DNA of 64,000 bases, taken from contig NC_057719.1 in the NCBI RefSeq assembly GCF_004010195.1, positions 24,343,465-24,407,464 of the forward strand, in the 5' to 3' direction. The DNA comes from Chiloscyllium plagiosum. Taxonomy: Eukaryota. The position numbers and the translations under genes are program-made. The notes under the pieces were generated by a model, which made no database searches, was not told where the DNA came from, and saw only the letters and a list, made by a program, of their open reading frames with translations. Each line of letters starts with the position of its first letter. The first letter of the stretch is position 1. Positions 13,864 through 25,361 of this stretch are shown one piece after another.

Positions 13864-14087
13864 GTAAGAAAGCTCAGAAAGTCAAATAACACGCCGTTTT
13901 CAGCAAACAATAATATTCACATGCACCCACCATGCACACTACATCACGTTGATTTCTCTGGGACCTCCCAGATTTTTTTGCGCAGAACTGCACATAAATG
14001 GCAAGGAATGCGACAAGAAAACTTGGCGAGCTTTTGAAAAGTTTGTTGTGTATGTCTCCTTGCACAGCCCTCAGACGCGGCGGGAGG

Positions 14088-14323
14088 ATGGCGACGGGAG
14101 TCACTTCCAGCCGCACATTTGGCCAAGAGGAGTACAGTCTGTACAGCAGCCTGAGTGAAGAGGAACTCATCCAGATGGCGGTCGAGCAAAGCCTTGAGGC
14201 GCAATCCGGCTCGGTGCAGCCTCCAGGTCCGAGGGGCCAGGCACACCCCAGGAATCGAGTTCAGGCCCAGGTGACTGGGCGTGTGGTTCAGACCGCGGCC
14301 CCTCAAGCTTGTGCCAAGACCAG
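14088..14323 (+). CDS. ASB2: ASB2 coding exon 1 (beta isoform N-terminus with ubiquitin-interacting motif)
   Basis: MATGVTSSRTFGQEEYSLYSSLSEEELIQMAVEQSL closely resembles the recalled mammalian ASB2beta N-terminus (GQEEYSLYSSLSEDELVQMAIEQSL). The ATG context is aggATGg. An acceptor tctccttgcacag ends at 14067. The donor is CAG|gtgggt at 14324, phase 2. Confidence 0.92.
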
Positions 14324-15667
14324 GTGGGTGTCCAGGTACAGAGCGCTGTGATTCGGTCTGACAGCAACATCCACACACTAACACAAGCAGACACAGCTCT
14401 CCGACTGAAAGGCTCAAGAGACCAGTTTATCCAACACTCGCCTGGCTCAGCCTTAAGTCCCAAGGGCCCTGTTTGCAGGAACATGCCTGGCTATCCCTGG
14501 GGCAATGTTGAAGCAGGCACGATTGCTCCAAGCTGGCAGGCAATGGTCTCTTGTATTTGAACGTGTGTGTGTGTGCAGTAAAACCTTGGCCGAACCTGTT
14601 AACTCTATTATCTGCTGGTCAATCTCACCGCCTTGCTGCTGGTCGGATCTAACGCATCGTTCATCTACTCATTGCGATTGATGTGAAAACCAGGCAAGAT
14701 TTCCAGACGAAATAGATTACCATTTAACACCATTGGAAGACATTGGAGTATGTTATTGACGGGAAACTGGTTAAGGGTGAGGGTGGGCTGACAATTCACA
14801 AAACATAGCTATGGCCAGTCGGGGAGAGGATATTGAGAGCATTGAGCAGGATATCCCCATGGGCAGTTTCTTCGCCTGACGACATTTCAGACCAGCGATT
14901 AAATCCAGTTCAGTGTGTTTGCGTGTGCAGGAGATGTCCTCTGGCTATTCGAGGCTAGGACATACATTTAATCAAGGCGGTGTTAAACCTTTGATAGACA
15001 ATGGAATCAAGAGTTATATGGAGGTGGGGGAGGAGAGAGGCACACACGAAGGGTGGAGTTGAGACAACAACAACCACATCAGCCCTTGTTTCTTTCATTG
15101 GCAGAACAGGCTCAAGGGGCCGAAGGGCCCGCTCCAGGGTGTTTCAGGTTATCCTAATCTCCTGCTTCATCCGAACTAATCCTATGCGCCATCTACCAAC
15201 CTCCTGATTCCTTTACGGAGAGGTCATTCAACCTGTTAACTCCTCCTCTGGGAATGCAAGATGTGTTGTCCTCCCATCCATTTCCTGCGGTCTGTCAGTG
15301 TTGTCCTCAGTCTTACCCCCTGTCCTATCAGCCTTTGTGATCGATTCGTTTCCAACAGTTGCCAGGATTTGTTTTGTCTGGTCTCGCCGTTGTTTTATTT
15401 AAACAGTAGGTCATCCTGGATGACAATAACTATACAACTGGTACCGTAAGATTGAAGTTAACGTTTTCCGAGTTGTGTGTCTCTGAGCAAAGGTTGTGTG
15501 TCTCTGAGCAGTCCCCTCCACAATCCCTTCTCAGAGCCTGTTGCTCTCTATTGTCTTATATGGTCAAATAGTCCCTCGACGTCTCCGAAGCCAAAAATAA
15601 ACACGTGCGGGAGCCGATCGGTGCCAGCGCCTCACATTTTGAGTTGGAAGAGCTGCAGGGGAGAAAA

Positions 15668-15816
15668 ATGAGGGGCTTCTCTTACGCGGAATATTTTTCA
15701 CTATTTCATCCTCGCCGTTCTCTTAGGTCGCCAGTGACTACTTCTGCTCCGACCGCCAACCCTCCGAGATCAAGGAGATTCGATGGGAGACTGATTCGAC
15801 CCTCCAAGCCGGTGGT
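15668..15816 (+). CDS. ASB2: ASB2 alpha-isoform first coding exon (5' extension of the shared exon)
   Basis: ATG 15668 reads MRGFSYAEYFSLFHPRRSLRSP, matching recalled mammalian ASB2alpha MTRFSYAEYFSLFH. It is in frame with the shared exon. The donor gtaagt is at 15817. Confidence 0.88.
15727..15816 (+). CDS. ASB2: ASB2 coding exon 2 (beta splice form)
   Basis: Acceptor cgttctcttag|G at 15726/15727. The 90-nt exon is phase 2-2 and joins AG|G (Arg) from exon 1 and GT|G (Val) to exon 3. Confidence 0.88.
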
Positions 15817-16696
15817 GTAAGTATATCTTCAGATCCAGACCCGGATTATTGAAGGGATCGGTCGGTGGGACCGGGCGGGGAGGGCGGGGGTGGGGTAGAT
15901 AGGTTCATCCTAAATGTACTGAAAATTCCCCAGGTAAAAATAGCTTTGAGAATTTCAGCGATTGAGATACAGCGATGAGAGGATAATTTATCGTAATTTA
16001 TTCCGCTTGATGACAACGTATTATTTAACAGTTTTTTTTGTAATATGACAGTTTACTTGCAACGAGATTTGGACATTTGGTTGCAGCCCAGCCTTCAAAA
16101 ATAATCTTTATCCAAACGTTCCCATCCATACAATAAAGAACAGAGAAGGATTGTGCAGGATCATGTTAAAGTGAAGGACCCTACAGCCTCAGGCCACGAA
16201 TCAAATGTAAATAGAAAGAGAGAGATAACTGGCGGTTAAACTAACTCTTGGGGTTAAAACTTGTGCCCCCCGGGGTGGGAGTGTGGATGCCTGTTTTCCT
16301 CAGTCAATGTTTTGCATTTGCCTATTTGTTTGTTGGGCAGTGCCTCCGCTCTCACTGCACTTGCTGTGACACCCAGCGATGACCTGACCCTGAATGATAT
16401 TCAAGCGGGAGGCTGGGGGGGGCGGGGGGTGGGGGAGAGCTGGGCTGGACCATTCGGCAAGGATCTTTAGACGTGCCTGCTGTTGCATTGAGGGACTACA
16501 TCGGGGTGTTCCAACGAAATATTACAAGGTCGCGCGTTATTTATCTCAACGTGGAAGCGTTTTCCAGGGGTCGACATTTCAAGGTTGATTAGATCTCTCC
16601 AAACTGACATGTATTTTTTTTGTTTTAACTGTGGACGTACAATTTTAAAGGCTGCACTGTTGCAGCGACATTACATCCTTTCTGCTTTTCATCTAG

Positions 16697-16863
16697 GGAG
16701 GTGGATCCTGCCGTTGTTGCGATAAAAAATGGTGATGAAGAAACCTTGTCAAATATGATCCGAGCTGGGAAAGTGCTTTCTGTGCCAAACTCGGAGGGCT
16801 GGCTCCCTCTGCACGAAACAATTTACTATAACAAACCCGGCTGTGCGAAATTGTTGCTTCAAG
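16697..16863 (+). CDS. ASB2: ASB2 coding exon 3 (first ankyrin repeats; absent from the ORF track)
   Basis: Acceptor ttttcatctag. Translates EVDPAVVAIKNGDEETLSNMIRAGKVLSVPNSEGWLPLHETIYYNKPGCAKLLLQ. Donor AAG|gtcagt. Confidence 0.92.
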
Positions 16864-17059
16864 GTCAGTGAGGGAGGGAGAGCCGCGGGAACCTACACAC
16901 TGTACATGACAAGAGATTAAACTGCATGTTGTGGGACCCTGTCTGTAAGGTTCTATGGTGAACTGAAGGACAGGCGGGACTTCTTATCCAGTTTGGGGAA
17001 AATGACACAGACTGTAAAGGAACTGGCGAACAGCACTGACGTATTGGTGCACTTTCCAG

Positions 17060-18950
17060 GATACTTCGTTTTCTCAAGATTTGGAAAATATATAGACTGG
17101 TATTGTACATATATCCACATTTTGGGAAGAACGTGATTGCACTGGAGAGGCTGCAGAAAAGATTTATCTGGGTAGGAGAGTTTTAGTTGTGAGGAGAGAT
17201 GATTAGGCTGGGGTTGTTTTCCTTAGAGGAGACCAAACAGTGACATGATTGATAAGTATAAGAGGAGGAGATAAGCTAGACAGGAAGGAACATTCCGCCC
17301 CCCCCCCCCCCCCCTCCCACCTTGTGGATGGATCAATGTTTGGGGCATAGATTTAAGGTAGGGCACAGAAGTTTTGGAGGGGATCTGAGGAAAATATTTT
17401 TCACCCAAAGGGTGGTGGGAATCTGGAACTCACTGCCTGTAATAGTGGGAGAGGTGGAAACCCTTGTAATAATTACAAAGTATTTCAAGCTGCAACACCA
17501 AGGCATACAAAGTGCCAAGTACTGGAAAATAGGATTAGAGCAGTTAGATGGTTTTTGATTGGCACAGACTTGATAGGCCGAAGGGCCCTTTTCTTTGCGG
17601 TAGACATATTAGTTGAATTAAATTAATAGTTGATCAAACCTTTTCGTGAGTCAGACCTATCAACAGTAGCTAACATAGGCTTATTAGCATAACATTTATT
17701 ATTGTAAAAATATTTGAATCAATTATTGGCAATAGCAGAATGTTTGGAAAATTCTAATCTAATCAAGCAGAGACATGATAGCTTCATGAAAGGAATATTG
17801 TGTCTGATTAATTTCTTCGAGTTTTTTTGAGGACATCTCAACCAGAGTGGGTGGAGGGAACCAGTAATGTGTTGTAATTGGACTTCCATAAGGTGTTCAA
17901 CAAGGTTCCTCATAAAAGACTAAGTAGTAAGATAGGAGTCCATGGTGTTGGATATAGTATATTGGCATAGATAATTAACTGGTGGGCTGGAAACAGTGAA
18001 TGGGGAACAGGGATTCTTTCTCATGTTGGTGACATGTGACCAGTGAGGTTCTGTTCTGGGACTGCAACTGTTTACAGTATATATTAATGACTCCAAGGAA
18101 TGCAGTAAATGTATTGTAGTTAAACTTGCAGTCAACACAAAAACAGATATGAGAAGGCAACAAACAGTTTACAATGAGATATTGACAGGTTAAGAAAGTG
18201 GGCAAAAAGTTGGCAAATGTAGTGTAATTTGGGAAAGGTGAAGTTCTTCATTTTGGAAGGGAGCACAAAAGAAGAAAATATTATTTAAATAGAGGAAATC
18301 TACAAAAAGCTACAACATAAAGAGACAAAGGTGATCAGGCAGGCTAATGGAATGTTGGCGCTTATTTCAAGGGGGTTGGGCTATAAGAGAAGAGAATTCT
18401 TACCAAAGCTGTAAAAAATTCTGGTGAGACCACATCTGGACTACTGTGAGCAATTTTGTTCCTGTTATTTAAAGAAAGACATCATTTTATTGATAGCAAT
18501 TCAAAGAAGATTCATTAGGATTGGTATAGAGAGATTTTCCTGTGAGCAAAGGGTAAACAGGTTGGGATTCAACTCACTGGAGTTTAGAAGCATGAGTGAT
18601 CTCATTGAAACATATAAGCTTGACAGTATAAATACTGAGAGGATGTTTCCCCTGATGGAAGAGTCCAGCACCAGAAGGTATAGTGTTAGAATAAAGGGGT
18701 GCAAATGTAAGACTGAGATGAGGTGGAATTTCTTCTATCAGAGAGTTGAGTGTTTGGAACTCCTTGAACTGTGGAAGCCATGTCCTTTTGTATATTTAAG
18801 GCTGAGATAGATAGATTTTTGATCAGTAGGGGAAAACTCAGGAAGACTGACATGAGAAATGTCAGAGAAGCTACAATCCAAATGAATGGTGGAGCAGGCT
18901 TAAGGGCCCAAATGGTCTACTCCTGTTCCTGTCTCTTATGGTCTTATTAT
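17060..18950 (+). mobile_element. Two adjacent decayed CR1 LINE fragments (about 17060-17600 and 17720-18950)
   Basis: Encode FFTQRVVGIWNSLP and RPHLDYCEQF...LEFR, with a cttatggtcttat tail. Confidence 0.85.
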
Positions 18951-19149
18951 TGACGTCAGGAACAGAAACTTAGAAGGCAAAATGTGATTCATGTTAAAAT
19001 TGGTAAGCAATTTGCCTATCCGTTCTCAAACACTTCAGTGAAGGATGCAGGGATAAGAGGTGGCGAGTGTGATAATCTCATAGTAGAGATCAATAAGGCA
19101 CAACCACACTTCTTCACCTCTGAGCAGAAATTCATGTAATTGGTAATCC

Positions 19150-20660
19150 TAGTGGCCACAGCCAAACTAGAAGACAATTTAGTAAAAATGTCAAACAAAG
19201 AGAATTTTAAAGCTAGACAGAATTTGAGGTGTATACACAGAGGTACGAGAAAGGGGACAACCAGCTCTATCACATTGGTGGATATGCACAGAAAATGTTT
19301 TCCTGATGGGATTTATCAGTCTAAAGCTGGGAGACAAAGATAGAAAAGTAGATTCACTGACAGAAGATAAAGCAATTTAAAAATCTTTCTTAGCTTTATC
19401 AGCAAGAAATGTTTGTGGGTGTGGATCAATTGATATTAAAGCTACATTTCTACAAGGAGAGCACCTCAACAGGGAAATTCTCCTTCATCCTTCACATGAA
19501 GCACCAAATGCAGTGGGGTCATTTTGGAAGATAACTAAATGTTGCTTGAATTATGCCAGTAAAGCTTGATAGTTCTCAGTAAGGTCTGTCTTATTAAAAT
19601 TATGTCAGTTTCAGTTAAAAGCACACCATGCAATGTTTTATTGGCACCTTGAAGAGCATCTTTCAGACATCTTTTTGATGCACATAGATTCTTGGAACTT
19701 TGAAGATCTTATCATAGTTTGCTTAAAATTAGAAGTCAGACTTTGGGGCTTTTAAGTATATTGGATTTGAAACCGGGCAGAATGGATGAAGCATCATTTT
19801 GCATCAGCAATCTTACTTGGAAAATTTTAGCCCCATTGTTATTAGTCAAAGTAGAGCCTCATAGAAAGGTGGTGCAGTTTCCAAAACTGAAATGAAGGCA
19901 TTGCAAAGTCTAATTGGACAGCTGAATTGTCTCAGCACCCAAACAAAAAAGTCAGATGCTATCTTAGAAAAATATGAGACTTCAGTATAACTATGTAAAC
20001 GCACAAAGTGGAAGATGTTATTTGGGCAAATAAAAAAATTTAAAAATGGAACATTTGGTTTGAAATTTCCATCATTGGGAGATGTCTGGAACATGTAGTT
20101 TTAATGGTGCTTCTTATATAAATCTCCATGATGGGTTTTCAAGTGTCGGAGAGTTTATAACTTGTGGGATAGAGTCGTAAATGTTGCCCAATGATCAAAA
20201 GACTAATATAAAGTACCTTAGTGGCAGAAACTCTTACTCTTAGTGAGGTGGTAGGTAAGGTAGTTTTCATAGCAAAAATATTGAAAAAACTACTTAGAAG
20301 GCATTCAGCAGCAATACCCATGAATACTATATATCAAGACGGAGTCTGTACTGGATAGCATGCACTCACAATATGTGTAAATAGAAAAAAGACCATGGAT
20401 TAATATTACAATCCTAAAACAGAAGCTGGGAAAGTGAGACATTTCCAAATTGAAATAGGTGGATAGCAACAGTCAACTATCTGATTGCTTTACAAATAAA
20501 GGAGAAAGCTCTAAGAAACTGTTAGACATACTGAAAAAAAAGCCACTTGAGAGTCTTAATGTGTAAAAATGGAACATATGTTGTCATTTAGTATATTTTC
20601 TTCCATTTGATATAATATATGTATATAAATTGACTTAAAAGAATGAAAAGGGAATCTTAT
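19150..20660 (+). mobile_element. Degraded Ty1/copia LTR-retrotransposon pol (RT and RNase H)
   Basis: Hand translation gives FKAR (about 19206), SIDIKATFLQGEHLNREILLHP (19426), FWKITKC, STLVAETLTLSE (about 20212) and SQLSDCFTNKG (about 20471), in copia order. A purine-rich tract lies at about 20637-20654. Confidence 0.75.
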
Positions 20661-21769
20661 CATGTAATATAATCTAAAAGGATGGCTAAGATCTAAAGGA
20701 ACAAGGGAACAGATGGTGGATATATTAATTAAAAGTTAATGAGTGTAAATATAATGTGTCCCAATCAGTGGGCTTTGGTTTTTATGGATTGTTGTTAACT
20801 GAATTATAGCAGTCACTAATCATTTGGATTTGGACTCTGTTCAAAAATACTTACATTTAGTTTATAACACTCAAATGTATTTGAACAGAATGTTTCCTTG
20901 CCGTGCATTTGGAAAAATATTTCTGCAGAATGTTAGTGATTGCTGAAAGTAGAAAATAACTCACTGGCCTGAATACAAAATGGTGTCATCACATTTAGTG
21001 TAGACAGGAGTTAAAAGAAAATGAAAGAGACATAGATTATAGATATTCAGTATCAATGTCAAATGTAAACACTTAGTGTCCTCTAATTTGTTGCAGCTAA
21101 GAGGTATTTTAGTGGTTCATGTAAGAGCGGCGGACTGATACTATTGTGTTGTGGAATGATCTGTTTTTGGTTGTAACTATTTGCATATTTTATATAGTAT
21201 ACATGATTTTGTTTTTAAAGTAATAATGATAAAGTATTTTCGGTGGACCTTTGACAACGTTGAAGATGAGATGAGGTCTGTTGGAGTAAGAAAGAAATTA
21301 GATGATGGAATACTGGAAAAATAGATACAAACATTGTGAAGTTTGGTTTGCTAAGTAAGCTGGGCTATTTCAATAGAATGATACATTTACATTTAACATT
21401 ATGCTTCCTAGGATGTTACTAATAATTATTCCTAGCTTTCTAAGCAGGCTGTAAAATGCATTTAAATAAGGCTACAAATAAATAATATCTGTAACTGATG
21501 GGTTTGTCAGAGCCTCAATATTGGCAGGGAAAATATGCTGCATAACCTCCCTCCTGCAAAGTCCCCTAGGAATGTCAGAAACTATTCCCATCAAGATGTT
21601 GTTATCAAACAAAAAAATGTGAGCAGATGTTGACTCTAACTTCAAAAACTATCTGAACTATAAAAGAGCAAAATAGTTGTCCTCTTTTATGTAAACAAAC
21701 CATGGAAACATAAAGGAATAACATTATAAATGGAAAATGAAAAGACCCACATTCTGGAAATCTGGAATA

Positions 21770-22210
21770 GAGTCATAGAGTAGCAGTAGAAACACACCAT
21801 TCAGTCCAACCAGTTCATGCTCACTATAATCCAAAATTAAGCTAGTCCTACTTGCCTGCGTTTGGCCCATATCCCTCTAAACATTTCTTATACAGATTTA
21901 TCAAAATATCTTTTAAACATTGTAACTGTACCTACATACACCAGTTCCTCTGGCAGCACGTTCCCGACACTCACCACTTGTGTGTGAATAAAGGGCCCTT
22001 CTGGATCCTTTTGTATCTTTCCCCTCTCATTGTAAACCTATGCCCTCTAGTTTGAGACACCCCTACTATGGGAAAAAGTTGTTCTCATCTACCTTATCTA
22101 TGCCTCTCATGATTTAATACACTTCTATAAGGTCACCCATCTCTTACACTGCAGGGAAAAAATCCCAGCCTATCCAGCTTCGCTATATAACTCAAACCTT
22201 CCAGTCCAGG
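21770..22210 (-). mobile_element. CR1 LINE 3' end
   Basis: Homologous to the 2296 and 8425 copies. Confidence 0.85.
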
Positions 22211-23782
22211 TAGCTGTTTCACACCATCAAAACTTTAAAACATATAATAATAATGAATGTTGGAATGCATGGGTATTTATTTGGTAGAATGTATTTTGTG
22301 AAGGTAAAATAGAGCAGTTGTAGTTTAATTGAGTGATAGGACAGGCTGAAAGGGCAGTTCTTGTTTCAAAAGGTTAATGTTTCACCCATTAGAAGTTATC
22401 AGGATGGGGAAACCCTTTGTTACAAAACAAAAATTCAGGATAAGGATAGGGTAAGACAATATATACAAATTGTCATGAGGTTATACCCTTTATTTTTGTA
22501 GGTAGGATTTTTAAGAGTGTCAACGTTTGAACTGCAAATTTGACTGAGACAACGCTTAAAAATACAGAATTGCCAAAATTGTTCTTGTTGGGGGAATGAG
22601 TGAAAATAGAGGTCTTGTCCAATCCAGCCAACCATTCAAACCTACCACAGTCTCAGGAAAACATCAACAAATCCAAAGTACAACCGGTCGGATATAATGC
22701 AATACTTCCATTCTCATGTGATCCTGCGTTATAAGAAAATTATATAATAGCCACACCATTTAAACTAATGGGGCAGAAATCGCGTTATAGCCAATACAGG
22801 TAAGGAAAGTTTGCCTTCTACAAATAACAGTCTAAATCCTTTAATGGCATTAAAGCCAATTCACATTGAGGAAACACACGTTACAGCAGAACCGACTACA
22901 CTGGACATTGACCCCATATCACTCACAGACCCATCAAAAATAGCCTCTTGAATGTAAACACTAGAACCAATATTTCAAGGAAGATTCTCAGAACCTTTCA
23001 GAGATTACTGATAGGGAAGTTGTTGTTTCAACTTTTCGTTCTCTCAAAAAGAAACTGCCTGGTTCTCATGAAATTGATGACAGAGGAGAAGCATCAGAAC
23101 TTTACAACAACTGTGACATTTGTTACTGCTAATTGCAGCCAAGAAATAAGCTAACCAACCTCAACTTCAGGTTTAAACTTAATGTCTCACAGACAACAAA
23201 AGGACTCTAACTCTATATTCTATTATTTTCCTTTATAGTGTATACCCTTAGCAGGTAATAAATATTTTATTTCTTTGATCCAAGACAACCTAGTGACTTC
23301 TGATTGACAACATTAACTATATTTTAGTTGGTTGGAGGTAAAGCCTCATGCTAAAATGAATTCAAACCTTTGGTTTAAAAAAACTAAGGGAGTGAAATCA
23401 AGGGGAGCTACCTCACCAATTGTCACTAGGTAGTAACAAATTGAAAGCTAGCAGTGAATGAAGTTGACAACCAAAACAGAGTTTGCAACATACAATGAAG
23501 CTACAAAGAGTTATACTTGATAAAAATTGTCATGTCAATCAATGATCAATTGGTCTGAACAAGTAATTGTAAAGGCAGAGAAATGAGTCAGGCATGATTG
23601 TAAAAATAGAAGGGAATAACAAATTAAATGGCATAACACTGAAAGAAATAAGCATGAAAATATGGAATAGAAGTAACATCTGAAATGATTGGAGTCAACA
23701 TTCAACCACACAGGGAACCAAAAAGAAAATTATATAGCTGTTTATGAGATTTGAGTTGACATGTTTCTTTATTTTCTAATAG

Positions 23783-23938
23783 CTTATCCTGGAACTGTAG
23801 ACTGTCGCACACTGGCAGAAGAAACTCCTTTATTCTTAGCAACATGCAGGGGGAACTTGGAATGCATGAAATGTTTACTAGAAGCAGGAGCAGAATGCGA
23901 CATCTCTAGTAAGGCAAAAGAAACTGCGCTCTACAAAG
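23783..23938 (+). CDS. ASB2: ASB2 coding exon 4 (ankyrin repeats)
   Basis: Acceptor ttttctaatag. Translates AYPGTVDCRTLAEETPLFLATCRGNLECMKCLLEAGAECDISSKAKETALYK. Donor AAG|gtaaca. Confidence 0.95.
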
Positions 23939-24604
23939 GTAACATAAAACATAAAATTGAGTACATTTCTGCATATGAATTTGGGAAGGTGGTGTTGTAA
24001 TGTAATGTCATTGGACTAATAGCCCAGAGTCACAGATGAAGTCCTTGTTTAGTCCCACTGCAGCAGATAGTGAACTTTGAAATCAATAAAAATCTGGAAT
24101 GAACATCTAGTTTCATGATGGTGGTATAACTGTTGTTGATTGTCATGAATAGCCATTGATTAATTAATGTCATTTTAGGGAACAAAATCTCGCATTCTTA
24201 CCTGTTTGGCCTACATGTGACTCCAGATCCACAGGAATATGATTGACTCTTAACTTCCCTCTCAAATAACAAATTACTTAGTTAGATCAAGGGCAATTAG
24301 AGAGGATCAAAAAATGCTGTTCCAGCCAATGATTTTTTTTTTAAAAATCACATCTGTTAGGTTGGTAAAAGCTTAATAGTTATATATATTGTTCTGGAAA
24401 TATATGTGTAACAAAAGAATGTATTCTCTTCTGACAGTTTCCTATCCTAAATTCATCTTGCAGTGTATAATTATACAACATGTACAACTGGAGCAGATTA
24501 GCAGAATTGTTACACAACCATAGAATCTGATTCTGAAGCACTAAATAAAATAATCCTAACATCATAAACATTTGCTTTAAATTTCAAGTTATTTCTGTTA
24601 ACAG

Positions 24605-24850
24605 CCTGTGAACATAAAAATGTGGAAGCCGTTAAACTTCTGATACAATATAATGCTGATGTGAATCACCGCTGCAACCGTGGGTGGGCTGCTCTTCATG
24701 AGGCTGCTATACGAAATGATCTAGACATCATCGAAGCTCTGCTCATGGCTGGTGCCAAGATTGAAGCAACAAATATTTATGGAATCACTCCATTATTTGT
24801 TGCAGCACAAAGTGGACAACTGGAATCTTTGCGTTTTCTCACAAAGCATG
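24605..24850 (+). CDS. ASB2: ASB2 coding exon 5 (ankyrin repeats)
   Basis: Acceptor tgttaacag. Translates ACEHKNVEAVKLLIQYNADVNHRCNRGWAALHEA...GITPLFVAAQSGQLESLRFLTKH. Donor ATG|gtaagt. Confidence 0.95.
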
Positions 24851-25140
24851 GTAAGTAGGATTGTGTGTTGATGGGAAGTTACTAAGAAGTTGCCCATTAA
24901 ATTGTTGTGTGAAAGGTAGTGAATTATGAGGGTTTTTGACAAAGTATATTAGGAGAATCATTTTTCAGTGGCATAAAGTGTTGGTTACCAATTGGGCATG
25001 GATTTAAGATCATTTGCAAAAGAACCAAATGCATGATGAGAATGTCCTTATGAAATGATTTGTTATGATCTGGAATACATTGCCTGACAGGGAATTGGAA
25101 GCAGATTCCAGTCATCTGCCAGCCTTTGGTACAGGATGAA

Positions 25141-25361
25141 AGCTGGAAATGTGTTGCTGGAAAAGCGCAGCAGGTCAGGCAGCATCCAGGGAACAGGAGA
25201 ATCGATGTTTCGGGCATAAGCCCTTCTTCAGGAATCCTGAAGAAGGGCTTATGCCCGAAACGTCGATTCTCCTGTTCCCTGGATGCTGCCTGACCTGCTG
25301 CGCTTTTCCAGCAACACATTTCCAGCTCTGATCTCCAGCATCTGCAGACCTCACTTTCTCC
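25141..25361. mobile_element. Palindromic Penelope pLTR-derived insertion (family A) with a 14-bp TSD
   Basis: 187-bp near-perfect palindrome at 25141-25327 (centre 25234). TSD tacaggatgaaagc at 25130-25143 and 25362-25375. Confidence 0.9.
25232..25269 (+). ncRNA. Minimal type I hammerhead ribozyme motif
   Basis: GAAUC-CUGAAGA-A-GGGC(UUAU)GCCC-GAAA-CG-UC-GAUUC: 5-bp stem I, intact core, palindromic ACGU in place of stem III and a GUC cleavage triplet. Confidence 0.7.

Noticed and set aside
13998..14087. In-frame upstream ATG extending ASB2 by 30 aa (MARNATRK...)
   Set aside because: It lies upstream of a good acceptor at 14067, and similarity to ASB2 starts at MAT (14088). It is probably intronic.
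15215..15430. AGGTCA half-sites upstream of the alpha start as a retinoic-acid response element
   Set aside because: No properly spaced DR2 or DR5 partner half-site was visible.
15605..15667. ORF-track N-terminal extension of the alpha exon
   Set aside because: It starts at GTG. The conserved peptide begins at ATG 15668.
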